A stretch of DNA of 64,000 bases from an uncultured Aliarcobacter sp. (GTDB lineage: Bacteria > Campylobacterota > Campylobacteria > Campylobacterales > Arcobacteraceae). The translations under genes and the position numbers were made by a program. The first letter of the stretch is position 1, and each line of letters starts with the position of its first letter. The DNA lies in NCBI GenBank assembly GCA_963677435.1, contig OY781945.1:2688001-2752000 (forward strand), read 5' to 3'. The notes beneath the pieces are model-generated. The model was not told the DNA's origin. It saw only the letters and a program-made list of their open reading frames with translations, and made no database searches. Of the stretch, positions 29,536 to 40,224 are shown one piece after another.

Positions 29536-32112
29536 CTATTTTTCTTTTAGAGATAGTTTTATTATGAAATTTGCACCCTCATGAGTATTTTCAACAATAA
29601 TTTGACCATTCATATTTTTTTCTATAATAATTTTAGACATATAAAGACCGATTCCTGTTCCTTGAACTTCATTTTTAGTTGTAAAATATGGTTCAAAAAT
29701 TTTATTTATTATCTCATCTTTTATTCCACAAGCATTATCTTTAATAGATATAAAAACAAATTCATTTTGAATTTTAGTTTCAATTTTTACAGTTGGATTT
29801 TCTATTTTATTCTCTACAAGTGCATCTTTTGCATTAGAAATTATATTTAGTATAACTTGTGAAAATTCATTTGGGAATCCTAAAACTTCTACTTTTTCTT
29901 TTTCGAAGATTTTTTCTAATTTTATATTGTGGTGCTCAAAAGTTGATTCAACTAAATCTATTGCATCTAATACACCTTTATTTATGTCAAAATACTCTTT
30001 TTCTTTATTGGGTCTAAAGAAATTCCTAAAATCATCAATTGTTTTTGACATATTATTAGTAAGAATATTAGCTTTACCAACAGTTCTATTTATTACTTCA
30101 TCATTTAATTCTCCTATTTCATAAGAAAATTTAAGATTTTGGAATACTAAACCTAAAGCATTTAATGGTTGTCTCCATTGGTGTGCAATATTACCTATCA
30201 TTTCACCCATGGCAGCAAGTCTTGTTTGTTGAATTAAAATTTGTTCTTGTTCTTTTTGTTTTAATTTCTCTTCTAAAACTCTTTTTTCTAAAGTTTCATT
30301 CAACTCTTTTTCTTCTTTAATTAACTCTTCAATTTTTGAAGCCATTTCATTAAAAGAGTTTTCTAATTGCCCTATTTCATCTTTTGAATTAACTTTAATT
30401 CTATAATCTAATTCATTATTAGAAAATCTTTTTGTTCCAATTAAAATATTTTCAATTTTTCTACTTAAATAACTAGACATTAACAAAGCAACAACAATAA
30501 TTAAGCCTATCATTGCAAAAGTAACTATACTTAACTCATTAATTAAGCTTTTTATGAATACTTCTATTTCTGATTGATTATAATTTACAATCTCTTCCAT
30601 ATTATTTGTTTGATTTTTTAATATTAAAGAGACATTTCTTTTTGTTTCATTTGCAGCTGCATGAAAATCATCCACACTAGCACCAATTGTTACAAATCCA
30701 AAACCTCTTTTGCTATTTGCATATTTTCCTGTATAGTATGGAATTGCTGCAGCAGTTGTTAATTTCCACACACCACTCCAATTTATAATAAATGAACCAT
30801 AACCACCATTTTGTGTTAATTGCATCCAACCTTCACATTGAGGTGCAAAATTAAGATATCTACAATCTAAACCAACATTTCCATCTTCTTTTAATTGTCT
30901 AAGATTTGGTTTTTTTGCTAAACTTTGGTTCTCAAAAACTGGATAATCTTTTAAAAAATCATTTATCTCTTTATTTGAAACATAATACTTTTCTGCAATA
31001 TCAGTACTTAGCCATGGAATAACTCTTTTTCCTGTATTTTTATCATAACCAATAATAGAATAATCTCTTGGATGTGAAATACTTTTTCCTTCATAATCCC
31101 ACATAAAAGCATAATTTCCATATGTTGCATCAGGGATATTTTGTTTTACTTGTTTTTCAGTAGGATTAGATGTATCGGTAAATTCTCTAATATGTCTATG
31201 ATCTAAAGCAATAGAAACATAACCAATTTTATTTCCATTATCAAATACAGGTGTTACAAATCGAATAATTCCATCAAATTTTTTCCCTAATGGATTTTCT
31301 AATCCAGCATATGCATATTTTTCTGGTTCAAACGCAATTCCAGCTTTTTTAGCTCTTTCTTTTGTAAAAGTCCCTATTAATTTTGTACCAACATATTCAC
31401 CAATAACATCCGAAACATAAATCTCTCCATTTTTTAATTTTGATATTTCATTGAAATAAGTTTCTGAACTCACATAAGTATTTTTCTTATCTGAAATATT
31501 AAATTTCTTTTCATTTATAGAAGATACCTTATATTTTTCATTTCCATTTAAATCAAAAAAAGTTATCTCTTTATAAATTGGTATCTCTTTTTTTGAAAAA
31601 TTTATTGGATCAATATAATTAAATTCTTTTCTATTATCAACTAAATTTGCTATTTTATTAGATCTTTGCTCCACTTTAAGATTTTCATTAGTTTTATAGC
31701 TACTACTGACATCATCATAATAGTAATCACCATGAACAGTAATATTTTTTCTTTTAGAATCATAAAAACCTTGTAAAATATTTTGATTTAAATTTAATTT
31801 AGATAAAAATAATATATCCTTATCTCTTTCATATAAGAAATCTGCAACATGATTAGCAATCTCATAAGTTACTTTTTCTAAAGCTTCTTGTGATTTTTTA
31901 TCAAGATTTTTTATACTATCATCAGCTGAAGCATTTGCTGTGTTAATTATAATTTCTTTACTTTGATTAAATAAAAATTTAGTACTTTTTATTAGATAAT
32001 TATCTAACTTTAAAACTCCCTCATATGCTATATAAGCTATAAGTAACAGTGGAATTATTTTTATTAAAATAAAAATAATAATTAATTTAATTCTAATACT
32101 CAAATTTCTCAT
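29536..32112 (-). CDS. Membrane sensor histidine kinase (large periplasmic domain, HAMP, HisKA, HATPase)
   Basis: H-box IAHQWRQPL; N-box NIISNAKDA; FEPYFTTK; GTGIGL. Confidence 0.92.
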   Translation of the reverse strand: MRNLSIRIKLIIIFILIKIIPLLLIAYIAYEGVLKLDNYLIKSTKFLFNQSKEIIINTANASADDSIKNLDKKSQEALEKVTYEIANHVADFLYERDKDILFLSKLNLNQNILQGFYDSKRKNITVHGDYYYDDVSSSYKTNENLKVEQRSNKIANLVDNRKEFNYIDPINFSKKEIPIYKEITFFDLNGNEKYKVSSINEKKFNISDKKNTYVSSETYFNEISKLKNGEIYVSDVIGEYVGTKLIGTFTKERAKKAGIAFEPEKYAYAGLENPLGKKFDGIIRFVTPVFDNGNKIGYVSIALDHRHIREFTDTSNPTEKQVKQNIPDATYGNYAFMWDYEGKSISHPRDYSIIGYDKNTGKRVIPWLSTDIAEKYYVSNKEINDFLKDYPVFENQSLAKKPNLRQLKEDGNVGLDCRYLNFAPQCEGWMQLTQNGGYGSFIINWSGVWKLTTAAAIPYYTGKYANSKRGFGFVTIGASVDDFHAAANETKRNVSLILKNQTNNMEEIVNYNQSEIEVFIKSLINELSIVTFAMIGLIIVVALLMSSYLSRKIENILIGTKRFSNNELDYRIKVNSKDEIGQLENSFNEMASKIEELIKEEKELNETLEKRVLEEKLKQKEQEQILIQQTRLAAMGEMIGNIAHQWRQPLNALGLVFQNLKFSYEIGELNDEVINRTVGKANILTNNMSKTIDDFRNFFRPNKEKEYFDINKGVLDAIDLVESTFEHHNIKLEKIFEKEKVEVLGFPNEFSQVILNIISNAKDALVENKIENPTVKIETKIQNEFVFISIKDNACGIKDEIINKIFEPYFTTKNEVQGTGIGLYMSKIIIEKNMNGQIIVENTHEGANFIIKLSLKEK

Positions 32113-33509
32113 TAATCAACATCCTTGTATTTCTGTTGTATTTCTAAAATTTCATCTAAATTATCCATAAATATATCTATTAATTTTGGATCAAAATGTT
32201 TTTCTTTTTCTTCTATAAGAAGTTCTAAAACTTTTTCTAAAGGCCAAGCTTTTTTATAAACTCTTTCACTACATAAAGCATCAAAAACATCAGCAATTGA
32301 AGTTATTCTTCCAAAAATATGGATCTCTTGACCTTTTAAACCAAGAGGATAACCTGAACCATCCCATTTTTCATGATGAGTATATGAAACAATACCTGCA
32401 GCTTGTAAAATTTCTCTTTTAGAAGTTTTTAAAATATCATAGCCAATTTGAGCATGATTTTTCATAACTTCCCATTCAGAAGAATCTAACTTGCCATTTT
32501 TATTTAGAATAGAATCTGGAATACCAATTTTACCAATATCATGCATTGGAGATGCCATAAATAGCATATTCACATCTTTTTGATTGAGTCCAATTTTTAA
32601 TGCAAGTAATTTTGAATATTCAGCAACTCTTCTTACATGTTGCCCGGTTTCTGAACTTCTTGATTCTCCTATCTCTCCTAATTTATAAATAATCTCTCGT
32701 TGTGTATCATCAAGTTCTGCATGAAGTTCTACTATTTGTGTTATATCGTGATAAATCCCCATATATTCAATGATATTATTATCATCGCCTTTTAATGGAT
32801 ACATTGTTAAATCACAATATATAATTTGCTCATCTTTTTTGAAAGTAGAGATATTTCCTTTCCAAATATTTTGAGCAAAAATATTATCTAACTTTTGAGA
32901 TTCTTCATTTAGCGTTAAGTTAGATTGCTTAAAAAAAGAGAAAGGTTTACCTATTAATTCATCTTTTTTGTATCCAAAGATTTTTTCAAAAGCTTCATTT
33001 ACATAAGTTATAATTCTTTGAGTGTCTGTTTTTATTATAATTGTTTTTTCATCAACTATACTTTTATACTGTTTTAATTTATTATAAATCTCTTTATTTT
33101 CATTTTCAAGATTAATATTTTTTGCAATATTTGATAATATTTCACTCAAAGAAAAGAGATTTAATGGTTTGGTTAAATAATTAGTTATGTTTAGTTTAAT
33201 TGCGTCAAATAAATACTCTGTATCATTAAAAGCTGTAACTATGACAATAGGGATAGTTTGATTAGTTTCTTTGATTAATTTAATCATTTTTGTACCAGTC
33301 ATTATTGGCATTTGAATATCCGTGATAATCAAATCAGGTTTATATTTTTTGAAAAAATCAAAACCTTCTTGTCCATTTTTTGCTAAATAAAGTTTTTTTA
33401 CTTTATTTTTTAAAAAGAATTCTAATTCCTCTCTTGTATTATCATCATCTTCAACATACAAAAGGGATAATTTCTTTAAATGTTCAAAGAAGTCAGTATC
33501 TGCATTCAT
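32112..33509 (-). CDS. Response regulator with REC-PAS-HD-GYP domains (c-di-GMP phosphodiesterase)
   Basis: VEDD, TDIQMP, LTKP; PAS; MHDIGKIG; HHEKWDGSGYP. Confidence 0.92.
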   Translation of the reverse strand: MNADTDFFEHLKKLSLLYVEDDDNTREELEFFLKNKVKKLYLAKNGQEGFDFFKKYKPDLIITDIQMPIMTGTKMIKLIKETNQTIPIVIVTAFNDTEYLFDAIKLNITNYLTKPLNLFSLSEILSNIAKNINLENENKEIYNKLKQYKSIVDEKTIIIKTDTQRIITYVNEAFEKIFGYKKDELIGKPFSFFKQSNLTLNEESQKLDNIFAQNIWKGNISTFKKDEQIIYCDLTMYPLKGDDNNIIEYMGIYHDITQIVELHAELDDTQREIIYKLGEIGESRSSETGQHVRRVAEYSKLLALKIGLNQKDVNMLFMASPMHDIGKIGIPDSILNKNGKLDSSEWEVMKNHAQIGYDILKTSKREILQAAGIVSYTHHEKWDGSGYPLGLKGQEIHIFGRITSIADVFDALCSERVYKKAWPLEKVLELLIEEKEKHFDPKLIDIFMDNLDEILEIQQKYKDVD

Positions 33510-34594
33510 CTATTTTCTTCAGAAATTGGTATTTTAATAATAAACTTAGCTCCTTCACTTGCATTCTCAAATTCTAATTTTCCTTGCATATTTTCTTCAA
33601 TAATAATTTTTGAAATAAAAAGCCCTAAGCCAGATGCTTTCCTATATGATTTAGTTGTAAAATATGGTTCAAATATATCATTATATATATTTTGAGAAAC
33701 TCCTCCTGCATTATCAACAATCGTAACAGAAGCAAAATCATTATCTTTTTTAATACTTATAAATACTTTTTTAATAAGAATGTCTTTTTCAATTAAAGCA
33801 TCTTTGGCATTTTGAAGAATATTAAATATCACTTGTGAAAACTCCGTAGGGAAGCCAAATAAAACAATTGATTTACTAAAGTTATAATCAATTTTAATAT
33901 TGTTATTCATAAATGTTTCTTCAAGCATTTCTAAAGATTTCATAACAATTTCATCTAAATGAAACTCTTTTTTTTCTTCATTTGGTTTTATAAAATTTTT
34001 TAATTCTTCATTTTTCATCTGCATTTCACTAATTACTCTGTGAAGTTGTTCCATTGATTTATTTACTAACTCATTTTTAAAATCAATTTGTTTATGAATT
34101 GTATTAATATTTTGCAAAATAAAATTTAAACTAGAAATTGATTCTTCACATTCATTAAGCATATTAATTGATATTTTACCAATTCCAGCTAATCTTGATT
34201 GATGAATTAACAATTGTTCCTTTTTTTCTCTACTAATTGTCTCTAAAGTCAATTTTTCTTGTAATATTTCTGCTAATTCTTTTTGTTCTTTTGCTTTTTC
34301 TTGCAAAGCAGTATTTACTAATTCTAATTCAAAAGATTTTTGATGAGTTTGATTTTTCATATCACTATTGAATCTTTCAAACTCTTCTTTAGAATTCTTT
34401 AGATTTAAAACTATTGGTAAAATAATAATCTTTGAAACCAAATAAGAAATTACGATATTAGTTAGAGTCAAAATAACTGCTAAATAAAAAAACTCTTTTT
34501 CAAAAAAGATACTTGTAAATTGTGAATATGATAATAAAGCCACAAATAAAATTAAAAAATTTATGAGAAATACTCTTCTAAATACTCTTGACAT
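33506..34594 (-). CDS. Histidine-kinase-like membrane protein with degenerate H-box (pseudokinase)
   Basis: Intact HATPase boxes (NILQNAKDA, DNAGG, FEPYFTTK, SGLGL); H-box reads NMLNECEES. Confidence 0.8.
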   Translation of the reverse strand: MSRVFRRVFLINFLILFVALLSYSQFTSIFFEKEFFYLAVILTLTNIVISYLVSKIIILPIVLNLKNSKEEFERFNSDMKNQTHQKSFELELVNTALQEKAKEQKELAEILQEKLTLETISREKKEQLLIHQSRLAGIGKISINMLNECEESISSLNFILQNINTIHKQIDFKNELVNKSMEQLHRVISEMQMKNEELKNFIKPNEEKKEFHLDEIVMKSLEMLEETFMNNNIKIDYNFSKSIVLFGFPTEFSQVIFNILQNAKDALIEKDILIKKVFISIKKDNDFASVTIVDNAGGVSQNIYNDIFEPYFTTKSYRKASGLGLFISKIIIEENMQGKLEFENASEGAKFIIKIPISEENR

Positions 34595-34733
34595 TATGAA
34601 ATACTCCTTTTTAAATTTTTGTTTAAATTAAATAATATGTAAAAAAAAATCTTCATTGTATTCCTATATTGTAATAATTATTTTTCAATTATAACTTAAA
34701 TTAATAAAAAATAATATTTGATTTTAAATGTTA

Positions 34734-34770
34734 AAAAAGAGGGCAAAAAACTAAAAAAGTCTTTTACCCT
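34734..34770 (-). terminator. Probable terminator after ftsH
   Basis: Imperfect AGGGCAAAAAACT/AGTCTTTTACCCT stem with a T run on the minus strand. Confidence 0.5.
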
Positions 34771-34787
34771 AAAAGTAGATTGAAAAT

Positions 34788-36830
34788 TTATTTATTTTCT
34801 GTAGTATCTTCACTATTAGTCGAATTTTCTTCGATTATATTTTCTTCAGCTATTTCAGGAATTGCATCTGAATGCAAATCACCGTCAACAAAAACTTCTC
34901 CACCATTTAATGTAATAATTTCTCTAACTCTCTCACCTGAGATTACTTCAATTTCTAATAACTCAGCAGTCATTTGTTCAATTGAAACACTATTTTCTCT
35001 TAGTTTTTGTAAGACAATTTCATATCTTTCATTTAAAAGATTTTTAGTGTGATCATCTAAATCTTTAGCCATTGCATCAGAGAAATCTTTTTGAGTTTGT
35101 CCACCTAAGAATTGATTAGATCTTTTTTCAAGAACCATCAATCCAGCAATATCACTCATACCATAAACAGTAGCCATTGATTTAATAATACCAGTTGCTC
35201 TTTCAAGGTCATTTCCTGCACCAGTTGAAATTTCACCAATAAATACCTCTTCAGCAGCTCGTCCACCAAGTAATACATCAACTTCAGCAATAAGCTCATG
35301 TTTTTGCATTAAATATTTATTCTCTTCTGGAGTATTAAGTGTATATCCTAACGCTGCAAGTCCTCTTGGAACAATTGAAACTTTATTTACTTTATTTGCC
35401 CCTTTTGTAATTTCAGCAATTAAAGCATGTCCAGATTCATGGTAAGCCACAATTTTTCTCTCTTTTGGAGAAATTCTTTTTGATTTTTTTTCTAAACCAG
35501 CAATTTGTCTCTCAACCGCTTCTTTAAAATCACTTGGATCTACTTGGTCTTTTGAAGCCCTACCAGCAAGTAATGCAGCCTCATTAATAATATTTGCCAA
35601 ATCTGCCCCAGCAAGTCCTGCAGTCATTTTTGCTATCTCTTTTAAATCTACATTTTTACCAAGTTTAACATCTTTAATATGAACATTTAAAATTTCAATT
35701 CTACCTTCATAATCAGGTTTGTCAACTAAAACTTGTCTATCAAATCTTCCTGGTCTTAAAAGTGCTGGATCTAAAACTTCTGGTCTATTTGTTGCTGCTA
35801 ATACAATAACAGGTGCATGTTCAGTTGAGAATCCATCCATTTCAGCTAATAATTGATTTAATGTTTGTTCTCTCTCATCATTTCCACCCATTGGACCACC
35901 TGATGCTCTACTTTTACCAATTGCATCTATTTCATCAATAAAGATAATTGCAGGTGCAACTTTTTTAGCTTGTTCAAATAAATCTCTAACTCTTGATGCT
36001 CCAACCCCTACAAACATTTCAATAAATGCTGAACCTGAAACTGATAAAAATTCAACATTTGCTTCACCAGCAACTGCTTTTGCTAAAAGTGTTTTTCCTG
36101 TACCTGGAGGTCCTACTAATAAAACACCTTTTGGAATTTGTGCTCCAAGTCTTACATATCTATCTGGTGATTTCAAGAAATCAACAATTTCTTGAACTTC
36201 TTCTTTAGCTTCTTTATTTCCAGCCATATCATCAAAAGTTACATTTGGTTTTTCAGAATTTATCATCTTTTTAGATGATCCAATTCCAAGAATTCCACCT
36301 GAACCTCCACCCATAGATTTTTGCATTCTTTTTGCAATAAACATCCAAATAGCGAAGAAAATAAAAATAGGTAAAACCCATCCAAATAAAATATCTGAAA
36401 GAATATTTTCTTCATTTATTCCACCATAAGAGATATTATTTTTCTCTAATTCTGGAATTAAAGTATTATCAGGAACTACCCTTCTTGCAGTGTATGTAGT
36501 AACTGTTCCTGTTCCTGATTTTGAAATAGCTTTAATTTGCGTATTTCCAATACCTATATAATCAATTTTTCCAGAACTAATTAAAGCTTTTAAATCCGAA
36601 TATGCAATTGTTTTATTAGATGTTTGTCCAAATGCTTGAATATTTGAATTAGTTGCATCTGCTCCCATTTGATTTTCTGGGAAGATAGCTTTAAAAACAA
36701 ATATTGTAACTATAGAAAAAATTACAAAAATTAATAATGGATTATTATTAAAAAAGTTATTACCGTTCCCATTATTATTGCCATTATTGTTATTATTATT
36801 TGAATTATTATTTTGTTGTTTTTTTGCCAT
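34788..36830 (-). CDS. ftsH: ATP-dependent zinc metalloprotease FtsH
   Basis: Two TM helices; GPPGTGKT; FIDEID; RPGRFDR; HESGH. Confidence 0.97.
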   Translation of the reverse strand: MAKKQQNNNSNNNNNNGNNNGNGNNFFNNNPLLIFVIFSIVTIFVFKAIFPENQMGADATNSNIQAFGQTSNKTIAYSDLKALISSGKIDYIGIGNTQIKAISKSGTGTVTTYTARRVVPDNTLIPELEKNNISYGGINEENILSDILFGWVLPIFIFFAIWMFIAKRMQKSMGGGSGGILGIGSSKKMINSEKPNVTFDDMAGNKEAKEEVQEIVDFLKSPDRYVRLGAQIPKGVLLVGPPGTGKTLLAKAVAGEANVEFLSVSGSAFIEMFVGVGASRVRDLFEQAKKVAPAIIFIDEIDAIGKSRASGGPMGGNDEREQTLNQLLAEMDGFSTEHAPVIVLAATNRPEVLDPALLRPGRFDRQVLVDKPDYEGRIEILNVHIKDVKLGKNVDLKEIAKMTAGLAGADLANIINEAALLAGRASKDQVDPSDFKEAVERQIAGLEKKSKRISPKERKIVAYHESGHALIAEITKGANKVNKVSIVPRGLAALGYTLNTPEENKYLMQKHELIAEVDVLLGGRAAEEVFIGEISTGAGNDLERATGIIKSMATVYGMSDIAGLMVLEKRSNQFLGGQTQKDFSDAMAKDLDDHTKNLLNERYEIVLQKLRENSVSIEQMTAELLEIEVISGERVREIITLNGGEVFVDGDLHSDAIPEIAEENIIEENSTNSEDTTENK

Positions 36831-36832
36831 AA

Positions 36833-37651
36833 CTAAAACTCCTTATTTTTTTTAAATACAACACTCATCCACTCATTTTTATGAATAAGTTTGATTTGTT
36901 CTAAATCATTAAATTTACTTAATACTCTGTTAATGTGTTTATCCAAAATACCTGAAATTATCAATATACCATCTTCATTTAAACATTTCTTTAAATCTGA
37001 AGCTATCATTACTAACACATCTGCAACGATATTAGCAATTACTACATCATATTTTTTAGTTGTTTTATTTGTAGAACCTACCCATGAATCATTAAATGTT
37101 ACGTCATTTAATTCAAAATTAGCTTTTGTATCAATTACACAAACTTCATCTGTATCACAAATATCAACTATACAATCTTTTTTTGCAGCTGCAATTGCAA
37201 GAATTCCACTTCCTGTTCCAACATCTAAAACTGTTTGATTAGAAGTTACAAACTCATCAATAGCTTCAATACAAGATGATGTAGTTTCATGATGACCTGA
37301 ACCAAAAGATAATGCTGGATTAATTATAATATTAATTTTTTCATCTTTTTTTTCTACCCAAGATGGTCTTATAAAAAAGTTACCTACTTCAACTGCTTTC
37401 ACAGATTGCTGATACTCTTTTATCCAATCGATATTCTCTTTTTTTTCATAAGTGATTTCACATTTTTCATTTAGTGCTTTTGCAAACTCTTCAATACCAA
37501 ATATTAAATCAGTTAGTTCTTCTTCACTTCTAATTATTAAAGTTCCATCTAGTTCTTCAATAGCATCAGTTGTAATAGCGTTTAATAAGTCTACAAAAAG
37601 TTCAAAATTACTTTCTGGTTTTAGAGTTAATTCAAAATAGTATTTAGTCAA
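36833..37651 (-). CDS. prmA: Ribosomal protein L11 methyltransferase
   Basis: PALSFGSGHHETT; LDVGTGSGILAI; ANI; SGI. Confidence 0.95.
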   Translation of the reverse strand: MTKYYFELTLKPESNFELFVDLLNAITTDAIEELDGTLIIRSEEELTDLIFGIEEFAKALNEKCEITYEKKENIDWIKEYQQSVKAVEVGNFFIRPSWVEKKDEKINIIINPALSFGSGHHETTSSCIEAIDEFVTSNQTVLDVGTGSGILAIAAAKKDCIVDICDTDEVCVIDTKANFELNDVTFNDSWVGSTNKTTKKYDVVIANIVADVLVMIASDLKKCLNEDGILIISGILDKHINRVLSKFNDLEQIKLIHKNEWMSVVFKKNKEF

Positions 37652-37744
37652 ATATTTCCTTTATTAAAACTATATATAATTTTCTTTATTTTTTATAAAG
37701 TGCAATATTCTATCTAAATAACTTTTGAATCATATTAAAAAAGT

Positions 37745-38677
37745 TTAAAAAAAGTTTTCTATCATGTCTCGCATAACACTAATATCAGAGATTTTATTAA
37801 TAATATCTCTAAATTCATTTGCGCCTGTATACCCTTTTGAGTAAGAGTGTAGTAATTTTCTAAACATAATAGCACCATGTGGTCCATGAAATTCTAACAT
37901 TGCATCAAAATGTTCTAAAATAATCTCTTTTTTCATCTCATTTGAGATATCTTCAATTCCATGTTTTAATTGATAAAATACCCAAGGTTTCCCAATAGCA
38001 CCACGACCTATCATTACACCATCAGCTTTTGTATATTCTAAAACTTCTTTAGCTTTATCGTAATCTTTAATATCACCATTAGCAATAACAGGAATAGAAA
38101 TAGCCTCTTTCATGGCTTTAATCGCATCATAATCAACAGGTGCTTTATATTTCCCAGCTCGTGTTCTTCCATGAACAGAAACAAAGTCAACTCCACAAGC
38201 TTCAACTGCTTTCCCAATTTCTACTGGAATTTTTTCATTAACACCAAGTCTTACTTTAGCACTTGTATATTGTTTATTTGAATATTTTTTTACAGTTGAG
38301 AGCATCTCTTCAAGTTTTTTTAAATCTCCTAAAAGATTTGAACCAGAACCATGATTAAAAACTTTTGGTGCAGGGCATCCACAGTTTAAATCAATTCCAT
38401 CAATTCCATCAATTTCATTTAAAATTAAAACAGCATCTCTAATTAATTCCATTTTATTTCCAGCAATTTGGACAAAATATGGATCTTCAGTTGGAGATTT
38501 TTCAATCATTTTTAAAGTTCGTTCAGATTTATAAACTAAAGCATTTGATGAAATCATCTCTGAAATAGTTAAATCAGCTCCAAATTTTTTAACAACAGAA
38601 CGAAAGGGTAAGTCAGTATATCCAGCAAGTGGTGCCAACACCACAAGGGGTCGGCTAAAATCAAGTTTTTTATTCAT
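37745..38677 (-). CDS. dusB: tRNA-dihydrouridine synthase
   Basis: LAPLAGYTD; DLNCGCP; VHGRT; IANGDI; MIGRG. Confidence 0.92.
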   Translation of the reverse strand: MNKKLDFSRPLVVLAPLAGYTDLPFRSVVKKFGADLTISEMISSNALVYKSERTLKMIEKSPTEDPYFVQIAGNKMELIRDAVLILNEIDGIDGIDLNCGCPAPKVFNHGSGSNLLGDLKKLEEMLSTVKKYSNKQYTSAKVRLGVNEKIPVEIGKAVEACGVDFVSVHGRTRAGKYKAPVDYDAIKAMKEAISIPVIANGDIKDYDKAKEVLEYTKADGVMIGRGAIGKPWVFYQLKHGIEDISNEMKKEIILEHFDAMLEFHGPHGAIMFRKLLHSYSKGYTGANEFRDIINKISDISVMRDMIENFF

Positions 38678-39690
38678 TATTTATAAGATATCGCTTCTAA
38701 GTTATAATATTTTCCTGCTTCTTTTAAATCTAGTAAAGCTTTAAATGCAGTGTATTCGTCATTTTTTGAATTTACTAAAAGATCTCTAGCTTTATCAATC
38801 ATTTCATATTCAAATAAAACATGTAAATAAGCTGGAACTGCATCTTCTACTTCTGATGATAATTTTTCAAATAATTCAATAATTTGATCAGGTTTTAAAA
38901 TTGTTTCGTATCTTTTTGCTAACATTAAATAATCATTTTTATCATAATCTAAATCTTTAACAATTTTTAATATCTCTTCAGATGTAAATCCAAATTCATT
39001 ATTTTCAACATCTTTTTCAAAAAGTTTTTTAGACATTTCTTTATCTAATTTAATATTTTTATAAAGTTTTTTTACAGTTGTCATACTTTTTTCAGCTAAT
39101 ACATTTTCAAAAGATTGTGTTATAACATTAGCAGAAAAATTTTCTGGTTTTTTAAGAACATCAACTGCAAAATCAATTTGTTCATTAACTTTATTCAACA
39201 TATTTAAATTAGCTAATTTACTTGTTTCACTTAATTTAATTACTTTGTCACTTACAAATTTTCCATCTTTTATATCTTGAATACCTGCAACAATCTTATT
39301 TAATTCCTCATCAACACTAGAAAATCTATTAGCTTGTACATCTAATTTTAATTGTGAAATGATAGAAAACAAACTTTTAAACTCTGCTGTTTTAAATTTA
39401 TAAACATCATTTTTTTCAAGTAAATTTGATTTTATACTTTTAATTATTGTTTCGTAATCTTTTGTTATAGCTCTTTGTTTAAAATATTTAAGCATTCCAT
39501 ACCATAAAATATGTACATAAGTTGCCAATGCAAGTAAAGCTATTGGAACTATTAACCATGCTGCAATTGGTAATGTATATGAAAAATCAAATATTGACAC
39601 GGTATATTCACCTAAATCTAAACTATACACATAACCAAATATGGCAACAATTAAAATTATTGAGAAAATAAAATATTTCTTAAAACCCAT
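38677..39690 (-). CDS. Hypothetical membrane-anchored protein (two N-terminal TM helices, helical soluble domain)
   Basis: 337-aa ORF coupled to dusB, AAGGA RBS; no motif recognised. Confidence 0.7.
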   Translation of the reverse strand: MGFKKYFIFSIILIVAIFGYVYSLDLGEYTVSIFDFSYTLPIAAWLIVPIALLALATYVHILWYGMLKYFKQRAITKDYETIIKSIKSNLLEKNDVYKFKTAEFKSLFSIISQLKLDVQANRFSSVDEELNKIVAGIQDIKDGKFVSDKVIKLSETSKLANLNMLNKVNEQIDFAVDVLKKPENFSANVITQSFENVLAEKSMTTVKKLYKNIKLDKEMSKKLFEKDVENNEFGFTSEEILKIVKDLDYDKNDYLMLAKRYETILKPDQIIELFEKLSSEVEDAVPAYLHVLFEYEMIDKARDLLVNSKNDEYTAFKALLDLKEAGKYYNLEAISYK

Positions 39691-39754
39691 TTTCTATCCT
39701 TTTTTATTATACGAACTCTTTATTATTTTTCCATTATACAAAAATGTTTATAAA

Positions 39755-40213
39755 TTACTTATGATATGGATGATTATTTTGAATACTTAGTGCTCTAAAT
39801 ATCTGTTCAATTAAAACTACATTGGCAACTTTATGTGCCATTGTTAAATCACTCAAAGAGATTGTAGTATCACATTTACTTAAAAATTCTCTTTGAAATC
39901 CATAGGCCCCACCAATAAAAAAATTCACTTCATTTTTATCTTCAATTAGTTCTGAGAAAGCATAAGTATCAACTTTTTTTCCCAATACATCTAATGCAAT
40001 ATTATACCCTTTTAACAAAGGTTCATAAGTTTCACTATATGCTTGTTGAGCCTCTTTTTCTCCAATAGTTTGAGCTTTTGCTATATTTTTATTAAAAATA
40101 TAAAAGACTTCAACTTTAGCATATTTTGAAGACATTTTTATAAACTCTTTAATTAAAGTATCAAACTCATCTTTTGAGGGTTTAATAATTGAATAAATAT
40201 TAATTTTAGCCAC
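39755..40213 (-). CDS. rlmH: 23S rRNA pseudouridine-1915 N3-methyltransferase
   Basis: FFIGGAYG; SLSDLTMAH; EQIFRA; C-terminal HPYHK. Confidence 0.95.
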   Translation of the reverse strand: MAKINIYSIIKPSKDEFDTLIKEFIKMSSKYAKVEVFYIFNKNIAKAQTIGEKEAQQAYSETYEPLLKGYNIALDVLGKKVDTYAFSELIEDKNEVNFFIGGAYGFQREFLSKCDTTISLSDLTMAHKVANVVLIEQIFRALSIQNNHPYHK

Positions 40214-40224
40214 GAGTATTCCTT

